A DNA stretch of 61,043 bases, counting the filler, from Sphacelaria rigidula (Eukaryota): assembly GCA_964200075.2 (NCBI GenBank). It is 8 parts of 8 records of this genome, joined end to end, with 100 filler letters (N's around TTAATTAATTAA, not from the genome) between each part and the next. Parts side by side here need not be neighbours in the genome. Positions count along the whole stretch, not along the records: positions 38,216 to 45,758 come from CAXNAA020014420.1; positions 45,859 to 53,401 come from CAXNAA020014421.1; 6 more parts are not named here. The stretch is one strand, 5' to 3'. Positions within the stretch are counted from its first letter, which is position 1. The number at the start of each line of letters is the position of its first letter. This document shows, one piece after another, positions 38,216 to 48,259 of the stretch. The translations under genes were made by a program, and so were the position numbers. The notes beneath the pieces were generated by a model, which worked only from the letters and a program-made list of their open reading frames with translations, was not told the DNA's origin and ran no database searches.

Positions 38216-38274
38216 GTGCTCCTAACATTTCTAACCTCGGAAATTATTTCTGTACCCCTACCGTAGCATCACTC
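38216..38274. mobile_element. MITE family A, right end only (contig start)
   Basis: GCTCCTAACATTTCTAACCTC...ACCCCTACCGTAGCATCACTC. Confidence 0.8.
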
Positions 38275-38364
38275 AGCTCATCCTGAATGCCAGGGCGTCT
38301 TGATCGCAGCTTCAGGGTGATGATTTATTTTCGTTTTTATTGGGGGTTTTGGTTGCCTCAATAC

Positions 38365-38595
38365 ATTCACATAATAAGCTCTTCGCCCGTTGCTCACAGA
38401 GAGAGTAAAACCAAGGGTCGCACCCGGTCATGCAACCACGGCGCACACGGAGGCGTGTCTGTAGTCATTACGAACGGACACCCTCCTTCTCCTTTAGTTG
38501 GAATACCCGTAGGTCACATCCCTCCGAGTCCGTCAGTCGAATAGCTGGGTTCATCCTCGTATTACCCTTCCATCATTACGCCGCGATTCATAACA
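38365..38595 (-). mobile_element. Solo/partial LTR
   Basis: Collinear with 27634-27877; ends CATAACA; no adjacent PPT. Confidence 0.7.
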
Positions 38596-41500
38596 AGACA
38601 ACACACACCTCGTAGCTTGGGTCGCTGCTGATCCGGTCAAGTTGTCAGCGATGTCCCGAACGGTGGGCTCTCGATCCCTGTCATGTGTGAAGAATTTCCC
38701 TAGGCGAAGCTTCACGAGTTAAGAAACCAGGCATGAGAATTGGGGGCACACACGTGGACAGAGAGCACCCTGTTGGACGTGCTGCACAGGGTTCTTCGCA
38801 GTTTTTGTGAGAACCCCTGTACGGCATTTACAAACCCTAATACCTCTACCAGCATTTTAGCGTTTTTCTCGACACCCTGTAAGTAACCCCGTGGAAAGGC
38901 ACTCCCAATTTTAACATTCCAAATTATTTTGTCACAAAATCAGTAAATACATTTATTCAGAGAAGCAGTTCGAAAAAAAACAAATCGCCCTATTTCATTG
39001 GGCAAAAAACGATTTATTTCGAACAGATTCTTCTGCTGTACAAATCTCATCATATTGGCAGGTTTGGAATATCAACAGAAGAAGCTGCTCGATATAAATC
39101 CTCACTTTGTCCGCCAATTCATATGGAAATTGGGAAAGAAAAGAACTTTTTGTGAACAGTCTCAGCTGTGCAAGTTCCGCATACTTCACCGTAATCAGCA
39201 GATGAGACTCGAGATGCAGCAAAAGTTGTTGGAAATAATAATCCTCTTGCCCCGCAATTAATATATCATTTGGGCTAAAGGATGAAATTCTCAACAGCTT
39301 TCGCTGAATACAAATCACACACCGCTTACAAGTGTATGTCCGCACGATTGTGCTTCGAAGCGACGCTTCTCCTGCAGGCGTGGGGAAGATGCTGGATTGT
39401 CGGTCTATACCCCGCACGTCTCCGCACATTTTTATTATTATTATTATTATTATTTCCGCACATTAGTCCGATCTCGCGAACCCGTGGTCACAGACGTAGG
39501 NNNNNNNNNNAGGCTCGCCTTTCCAATACCGTCCCTGCTATTCCTTACCAGACACATTATCAGAATAAAGAAAAAAATAGCTCATGAAAACACAGTCGTC
39601 AAATGTCTACCAAAATAAACGAAATGATATTTTAGGTCAGAAACGCGAAAAAACACTGAATCAATTATGCTTCCGTTCACGAAGGGTTTGGTTGATATAC
39701 ACTAGAAGCGCACAAATGACCCCCTTGTCAACAACGAACCGTGGGTGGTTCAATGTATACCACGATGTACTCGCTATCATCAACGCACGAGTTCAAAACG
39801 TACCACTGCCATGTTTCGACCGTTTTTTCTGCCAGTACCGGGCCTGTGCTGTAAGGTGGAGCATATTGTATGTGCGTTATAATACTATACATCACATTCA
39901 CAACAATGAACCGTACACGAGGTGACAATACCCTATGAAACGTTCTGTGTGGCGCAAAAAAACACCCTACAGCCAAATACCTGCGAGAAACATTGCACAG
40001 TTTCCCTGAACCCTGTAGACGTGCCCCACAGGGTGCTATCTGTCCACGTGGACAGCTCGAATTCGATCACGTGCTTGAACACCCCCTTCACCTCACCCAC
40101 GGATAGCGTCGCCACGCACAAACGAAGACAACGCAGAAAGCAGCAATATAGTTGAACCTTCTTGAGGGTGAGCGAAGTGATGTGGAGAGCCGGTTGCCGC
40201 GTGTGATGCCTCCAACCTCCAAAAGTAACCTCCGAAGATGCCTCGATTAAAGTTGCGACAGTCAAGTCTGAGAAGTTCAATCAAGGGCCGCGCTGCTCGA
40301 AAAAGGTCGACTTGGTGTGTTCTTGAGTATGCCCAGAGACAGAAGCGAAACACCACGTCGTGAGCATCAACATAGCTGAAAATTGTTGAGGGCGTCTCAA
40401 TTGATGTTAGAAGAGCGACGGTATGGTGTTTTCGCGCAGCGCGGTTCCGAATACATTCGGAAAGACACAATGCGTGCTTCGGAGCGTCGTAATGATGTCC
40501 GGACGGACACTTTTTTAATTTAGGATCAGTAGAACCCGTTTGAGCCCTGGGAGCCTCAAATGAATTGCTTATAGCGTGAAGAGGCGCGATCCACGCCACG
40601 ACGAGCTAGGATATATTTTCTCGAAAGAAGTCACACGCTTGACCGCATTGCTGCGTGGCCTCGTTGGCGACGTCGAGAAAAGTATACGAAAACGACATGT
40701 TTCTCGTGGTACTGTACATGGAATCGGGAGTTTTGGAGACAAATAGCCGAGCGGTAAGAGACCTACATCTGCGCGCGGCAGAAAGCCCTTGAAAAACGTT
40801 TTACATCGATGCAAGCTTCGACCCTACGGGCCTCATCCAACTTAAATTTGAATCAAACGAGTTCTGCAGGATTGCTATTGTTTCCATCACTAGGAGGAAG
40901 AGAAATTCAAAGTAGGGGGGGGGGTGCCGAAAGACCACAAAAATGACACCTCGACTACCTCGTACAAAGTTTGCATCTTCCGCCCAGGACCGTGACCGCT
41001 GGTGATCGAGTCTATCTTCCCCTCCCCCCAAAAAACAGAAATAACTACATATTCGCCGTAACAAATAATATGTGTTGTATATGTGTTGTCCTTGAACAAT
41101 TCTGTTGACATCGAACGCAAGGGCAAGCGACAGAAAAAAATAGAACCTAGCCATCAGGCGACCGAGACACCCGCGAGTGAAGCCACTGAACTACCACCAG
41201 AGTCAAACCTGCATGCAAAATTAGTTGATGCAGCGATGACAAGCTTAATCAACCACCGACTGGTCCACTGCGTTGCAAAGAGAGGACCTTCGCAGGAGAA
41301 ACCGAGAAGAGAACACCACGATAATGGAGCCTAAGCGTACACTATCGCCCCCATTCCTCACTATAACCGAGCTTGGGAAATGAACGGACAAAAATGAAAA
41401 CATGCAAAATGTTACCCCTTTGCCATGGGCGTCCTTTAGTAGTGAGTAACAAAGGCAATGGTGGGAACTACAACAACTGAAAAGGAGCAGTGACAAGCAC

Positions 41501-41929
41501 GGACACAACACAAGAAAACAAACGCTACGTATCGTGTCAGTACAAGGAGTATGTAATGCATACGCTGGTACGATAAAGCCGAAAACATCGGCCGAACTGC
41601 CAGGTCGAGCAGCGCGGGTAAGCTTCATCGCCTTTTCATGCTATACCCCTTCCTGCTTAAGGTATGATCTTCGTGATGGATGCGCCAGGTAGTACAGACA
41701 TTGGGGACTCAGTGTCTGTCCGACTCCCGCCAGAAACGTTTCCGATTGACGAACGATGATTGGCCCGGCAGCGAGAGGATGGGCCGTCTATTTCCCCCGC
41801 TCGTAGTCATTAGCGATACTCACTCATCGTCCTCCGGCAACGGTCCGCAGTCGTCGGGGTACACGTTGGGGCAAACCTGATCGGACGGATCGGCAGCAGC
41901 GGGAAGCGAGACGAGATATAGGCATTGAC

Positions 41930-42650
41930 GAGATCTAAGTCGTGATATGTGATGGACGCACGAGCATACGAATACACGGGATTTTCGCCTTCGCATTGCC
42001 ACTGGCAAGCAAATTTGGCAATTTGCTATTCCCGCCTTCCGTGGTCTATAACTTAGTGCTGCGCACTGCCAAGAGGAAAGAGAATGAAATATATGCAGTG
42101 CTGAGCCTCGTGCGCAGTGCGCTGCACAGCGGCACCCACCACAACAGAGTGGATTGCAGTAAACGTAAGTAAAACACAACGAAATGCACTGCTTCGATCA
42201 CCGACAGAAGAGACCTTTTCCGACCCTACGGGGGAACAGCTCGTGCCGAAACCTTTCGGAGCAGGCCATCGTGCACTTTTTGCGGGATATTTGCACGAAT
42301 CCAAACGCGTTGAAAGCGCTCGGTGAAAGCACCAGCAGCATAGCTACCACGCTACTATGCTGCTGGAAGCGGCCGTGGCGCCCTCGGTGTAGAGTCCGTG
42401 CAGGATACGAAACCCTCCGTTACTACACGGCAAGTATTTAATTGGTTTCGACATTTCACAATATCCAGAACTCTCAACATGCTCTCTAAGTATGTTGCTG
42501 CGTGCTCCCATTGTGCGTTGAGCATTACTATATGTGTGCATTGCAGGGGTGGGGCAGGGGTGTTGGAGTCAAACGCGGCATCGTAGATGAAAAAACATGC
42601 TGTTGTAGTACATGGGCCAAAAGCACGGCAAATTACTGTCCATGGGGGGG
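41930..42650 (+). pseudogene. Possible degraded Mutator/MULE transposase
   Basis: Frameshift-scrambled motifs in the expected order: VIC-DG/TH, KENE..VLSLVRSAL, TD/RQK, and a SWIM-like VDEKTCCCSTW. Confidence 0.4.
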
Positions 42651-43152
42651 GCGTGGTTACAGTGTCAGTTTTACGCAAATCACGGTTAGCCATGTATACT
42701 ATGGCAATCGGTAGTGATAAACTTGCAACGCAAGGAGTACTGTACATTCAATGTATCAAGTGGAAAGTGTCTTACGCTGGCATCGTTTCCCTCGAACACG
42801 GTGTCAGACGGGTATGTCGTGGTAGTCACCACGGGATCTTCGCCGCGTATGCTGTTGTAGATAGCCGCACCGTTCTGGTAGGCTCGATTGCCGGTGAACG
42901 AGGTGGACCCCGTGAGCCTGGTACGATCACGACGACGGCAGCGGCGACGGGAACGGATGGCAATGAGTACTGGACAGTCTCGCATATTACCATTCCAACG
43001 GGCCGTGGTGTGGTGGTGTGCCGCTTATGAAAATCACGCCGTAGTCATCAGATCGTTGAACTCGCGTCCCACATTGCCGGGCTGAGCGGTATACTTTGTT
43101 TTCGGCGAGCCAGCCTGCATTACAAAATTACCACACACATTCTATGGGGGTG

Positions 43153-43670
43153 TGCAGGATGAAAGTTTACTCATGTTTTTTTATACCGTATTAATAGCCA
43201 TACACTCACCATTGACCTCGCATCCCTACTAAGCCGGGACGAAGCACGCTGGGTTTTCGTCGGACAAGCTCGCAATCAATCACCCAGCGCGAAGCGCCGT
43301 GATGTGTTCGGCGAGTTGCAGGCACGGTGAGCCGCATCCTACTACCGAGATTGTCCGACCCGAAGCATACTGATTATCTTACATTTGGATGACAGCCTAC
43401 AATGAGTTGCTTCATTTCCTGGTTTCGCCATTTCCAGAGACAGCCACGGCTTACACACTGCCTCATGAGTAAAATTAATACACGTGGTATTATCATCCCC
43501 TTTTTGCGGAATCGAGGTTCTCCCACCCCGCACAATATGATCTAGCTCGACCACCATGAGAGTTATCGCAAGAACAACGCAAGCGCGCAAAACGAATCGC
43601 TCACCTGGTTGTCTAACTTACGCAGTCAGTGTCGTGTTCTACAGCATCATGGCCAACCGACGCCAACCCC
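43153..43670 (-). mobile_element. Full-length T2 SINE-like retroposon (copy 1), TSD ATGGGGGTG
   Basis: Collinear with 44510-44995 and has the same 5' end (GGGTTGGCGTCGGTT). ATGGGGGTG at 43144-43152 and 43671-43679. Confidence 0.75.
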
Positions 43671-44509
43671 ATGGGGGTGGGGGTGACGGACCAACAGAGT
43701 TACCCATGGGAAATGATTCCGGCCTGCAGTTCTGGAGTTCGCGTTCGATGATCAAATAACGATGCAGCTTGACGGAGCTAGACTGAACGGTGGGTGGAAG
43801 AATATAATGCGGAGGTGACTGGGCACGTGAACATTTCATTGTGTATACGAATCCTCCCCTGCGGGGGCAATACATCCGGAAAGGTATATGAGCACCACAT
43901 CCTCTACTTTATTTAAAGAGTACGAACACACCTCACCCCGTCATTCATCAAGCCGGCAGCTTGGAACCCGTGCAGTACGGTACCAAGTTCTACATCCACC
44001 CACCGCGGCACCCATCAGCCAGACACAAAGAAACATGCTGTCCACCAAGTAAGTGTTGCACTTGCGACAGCGCTCAGCCGGAGCGTTCTCAGTCAAGGCA
44101 GTTAATTCACCAGCGGTGATCGATAGCATCGTAATAGTGGGTTGGAGACGAGAGAATGTAGAATTATAACGAGAAGTGTGGGTGGGACAATGAACAATTA
44201 TTTTCGACGCCATCTCGAACAGGAAAGAGTGCCCCCCCAAAAACACGAAATTTGTGGAAAGGAACAAGCCAGGTGATTTGAGTGCAAGAAAGCATTCGAA
44301 ACAAAATGAACGGTATTGCTTCCTCCAGCACGACGTAATAGCGATTCACACAGGGTGGAAGAGCTCTAAGGCTTGCACCGATATATGTCAACAAAGAACG
44401 ACATTCAGTGCAAAAAAAGTATAAAATAATCGAGAATATTGCCAGTAACGGGTGGAAACCGATGCAACAAACGGACGTCGGGAATGTTCCCAATGAGGTC
44501 GAGGGGGGG

Positions 44510-44995
44510 TGTACTCATGATCTTGCATGCCGTAGTCAGAAGACCGCTGACCTCGCACCCCTAGATAGCCGGGTTTTCGCTGGACCAGGCTCGCAATCAT
44601 CAGTACGAAGCGCCGTGATGTGCTCGGCGAGTCCCATCAAGGGTAAGCTCCATCCCGCTGAGATTATTCAACTCGAAGCGTGTTGATTATCTTGCATATG
44701 GATGAGAGCCTCCTATAAGTTGCTTCATTCTCTGGTATCGCCAACTCCAGAGGCAGTCACGAGCTACAGAATGCCTCATGGGTGTCTCACCAAATAAAAA
44801 ACACGTATTAACAATATTGTGCGATCATCGACTTTGCACGTAGCTCCGGCTCTCCCACCCCGCACAATATGATCTAGTCCTACCACCATCATGGTTACCG
44901 CAAAAAAACGCAAGCAAAAAAAACGATAGCCTGATTGCCTAGCTTACGCAGTGAGTGGCGTGTTTTACAGCGTCGTTGGTAACCGACGCCAACCC
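44510..44995 (-). mobile_element. Full-length T2 SINE-like retroposon (copy 2)
   Basis: Flanked by AATGAGGTCGAGGGGGG and AACGAGGTGGAGGGGGG. Its 3' tail is homologous to the LINE tail. Confidence 0.8.
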
Positions 44996-45023
44996 TGGAA
45001 CGAGGTGGAGGGGGGATGGGGTA

Positions 45024-45089
45024 CGTACTCATTTGTTGCTCGCCTTAGTCGGGTGACCATTGACCGCGGATCTTTTTCGAGACGGAGCA
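45024..45089 (-). mobile_element. T1 mini-retroposon between duplicated G-rich targets
   Basis: Same boundaries as 34633-34698. CGAGGTGGAGGGGG on both sides. Confidence 0.8.
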
Positions 45090-45109
45090 TTGGACGAGGT
45101 GGAGGGGGT

Positions 45110-45758
45110 CGTCCTCATCTTTCGCTTGCCTTAGTCGTGTGACCGTTGACCACGCATTCCTTTCGAAACGGAGCACCGTTTCTACTCCTAAAAGAGACAC
45201 CTCCAACATTCCAGCGCTCATTACGTTTCTTCCACAGCTCATCGCGCTTCTTTAATACATTACACAAAAGCCTTTTACGTGTCTTCTCCCCATCCTGGTT
45301 CGCCGTCTGTGGCCACCATCTATCTTCTAGTGTAACCATTGTTTTCTCCCTACTGTCTAATGCATCAAACGACTCCATGCCACCTTCGCTTACGTCCCGC
45401 ATTTCCCCCTTTAGCACGTCCCGTTCCTCCTTGTATACATTATGTCACTATATGACTTCTGCTCTCTATGCCTTTGCCACAGAAGCACTTCTGTCCATCT
45501 ACTTCCTCCTCCTTTCGACGACTGGTATATCTCTTCCTTCTTTCTGGCAGGTCCAGGTCCCCCACCCGAAATCGCAATTTCGTAGTTTTCGCAGGGTCGA
45601 GTGGGTCATGCAAATGTGCTTCCAGTCCCATCCCCTCTCCCAACCACCCGTATATCTCAAGGTGATCTTCCTCGTCTACTTTGCGTCTGAGCGCTCCTTT
45701 TCCCCTTATTTCGATCATGTCTCTTACTTTTGCCTTGTTCTCCGCTTCTTCACCTATG
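45110..45758 (-). pseudogene. LINE ORF2 C-terminus with CCHC-type finger and 3' end (non-RTE family)
   Basis: KLRFRVGDLDLPERRKRY...KCFCGKGIESRSHIV...GVSFRSRNGAPFRKECVVNGHTTKAS. The last codons are the T1 tail sequence. Confidence 0.8.
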
Positions 45759-45858
45759 NNNNNNNNNNNNNNNNNNNNNNNNNNNNNNNNNNNNNNNNNN
45801 NNTTAATTAATTAANNNNNNNNNNNNNNNNNNNNNNNNNNNNNNNNNNNNNNNNNNNN
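45759..45858. other. Artificial contig linker
   Basis: N-run / TTAATTAATTAA / N-run. Confidence 0.99.
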
Positions 45859-47794
45859 CTGTGTATTGTACATAGATGTGTGTGAGCGTTGCCGGCATCC
45901 GAGGTCATCGGGACAGGGCGGGCAAAGAGCAGGAGCTAATGTACGAACTCCGCTGAGCCCGCCAGACTTTTCGTTGTTTGTCAGTGTTTGTTGATCAACT
46001 TATTTCAACAATATCAACTCAACAAAAAAAATGAAATGATATCACGACAATTTTCGAAAAAATGTCCTTCGGGAGGGGGGGGGCTGCGTGTCCGAAAATT
46101 TTCTCTCGACAGACCCGTAAAAAGTGTCTAACCTCAAACATCAGATGGGTCAGTCATCAGGGGCACGCAGTAACTTTTCAGCCTAAAATGGTGCCGATTC
46201 CACACAAACGACTATAAGGCTCACTCTGAATCAAAAGTTACACTTTCAATCTGGCGCAATGTTTTTGCAAGTGGATATCCATATTAACTATTTCCACACC
46301 CCCCCAAATAAATTTGCCAGACGGATTCAATCTCTGATAAACACCTCAGATAATTTTCCATATCGGAGGCCCATATCCCAAATACAGATTTGATGTTGGT
46401 AATACCGCGTCAATGAACCATATCGGCATGCGATACTTAGATGTATTTATTTATCTTTGATGTTGCCATGGCTGAGCATGACCGCGGCATTCATGGATTT
46501 GAAGTCGGGTGGCCACTCGAGAGACTCATGCATATTGACTAGATAAGGTACTCGTAGCACATGATGGATGGATGTTGACCCCATCACCGTCAGGATGGGC
46601 CATCTGCTTAATAGGTATCACGTTCACTTGGAAAGTAATTGTGAGACCCAGATCGCCCTCTCTAAAACGGCTCCGAAATGAAAATCCCTTGCACCATCAT
46701 AGCGCACTCTTGCTCACAGACATCTGAAGAGGCACATCATCTGCGGGCATAGACCTGCATACAGCTCACACTTGCATACACAAATTACAAAATCGATCAA
46801 AGTGAAAACGTGAGACTTGAACTTGAAGAGGCACATGATCATTCCACAAACACGACGTAAAAAGCGTAATGGCGCACGACAAAGACAGGCGCACCGCCCA
46901 TCACACCGCGCACGTGCATACCAAGAGAAGCTGAGAGATCCCAGGTACCCACCTAACACTATCCTACATGTAATTTACATATATACATTGTAGTACCAGA
47001 CGCACGTACCAAGTTGCCGTGAATACCAAGTTGCCGTGAATACCAAGTTGACGTGAACAGCACCGTACACGGCTCGGAAGAGACCGGAGTGTATACGATG
47101 TGCTCTTTGTTCACCATCGACTATCTGAGTGTGCTGATCGTGCTCTCTCGTGAAAACTCGAAAATCCTTCAAAGTTGACGTTTCCCTTGTAAGGGGTGAA
47201 ATCCATTTATATACACATGTACCAAAATGTCCAATCGTTTCTTCGGAAATGTTGCACTCAAAGGGTATGTCAAGTAAACCTGGTCTATGGCATACCGTTT
47301 GTTCCTACTTCCCCATTATCAGGCCAAGCTTCAATAACGAAAATGATGTCACTGAACGTCACGAGGCACTGCCCGATCAGTGAACAGGCCGATGAGCTAC
47401 AGTACATCATGCTCGGCAAAACATGTTTCCTTCTACGAGTATGCGAACGAAGTTTCCACGAGATCGGCGCTACTGTCGTCGGCGATGACGCGTTTCATCT
47501 GGGCGAAGCTCACAGAACAACTGATTCCACAGAAAACACACCCGCTTCCTTCAAACGGCAACTTATCCAACGGCACCAGTTTCGATTTGGTGTTCAGTTC
47601 GCAAAAGCCCAGCCAAACCCAGCCAAGCCCAGCCGATGTAATCGTCATCGATGACGTGGATGTTTTCATCACTGGTGACTGCCTGATCTTATGACTTTTG
47701 ATCACACAAAACCTACTTGGTTCCAGCTGTTCATTTGATATCAAGTTGGCTTTGTTCAACGTGGTTCATGTGTCAACGTTCCGGTGTCCAAGGG

Positions 47795-48259
47795 TCATAA
47801 CTGACGACCGAAGTACCCGCACAACGCTGCCACAGCCGCGAGCCACATAGAGACCATAATCTTTGAAATTTTCCATCCTCCGTCTGCCACTTTCATAGCC
47901 CGAAACATGATCCACGCCGCTGCCGCTCCGTGCTCCCACCCCGTCAATCGTACTGCTTTTAATACAACCCTATCGCAGCCGAAGAATACAAACAGGATAG
48001 TGTACAATGCTCCTTGTCCCAACGCCGCTGAAATGGCAAGGCTCAACCGTCCTTGAACCACGCTTTTTGCTGCCGCACTCCCGTCCCCCAAATCGGGTGT
48101 GGTCCATGATTGCTCTCCTGCGGCTATGAGGCCAGCGATACCCCCGTGTGGGAAAAGCGCTTGCCAAGCGCATGCAACAACAAGCTCCACGACTTGAGCG
48201 AGGAGGATTAGGCGGCGGACGCCCAGGAATAATGATCGACGGTTCGCCACATGTACTCC
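47795..48259 (-). CDS. Possible exon of a multi-pass membrane protein
   Basis: Strong acceptor TTCGTTTTCTTTCTGACAG followed by ~154 open codons with three to four hydrophobic segments. Confidence 0.4.
   Translation of the reverse strand, partial: GVHVANRRSLFLGVRRLILLAQVVELVVACAWQALFPHGGIAGLIAAGEQSWTTPDLGDGSAAAKSVVQGRLSLAISAALGQGALYTILFVFFGCDRVVLKAVRLTGWEHGAAAAWIMFRAMKVADGGWKISKIMVSMWLAAVAALCGYFGRQL

Noticed and set aside
45146-45758. 222-aa plus-strand ORF
   Set aside because: Antisense to the LINE ORF2 C-terminus and runs into the linker.
46580-46615. QMAHPDG resemblance to glycolate oxidase
   Set aside because: Only a few residues match, with no flanking similarity; it lies in a dispersed repeat motif.
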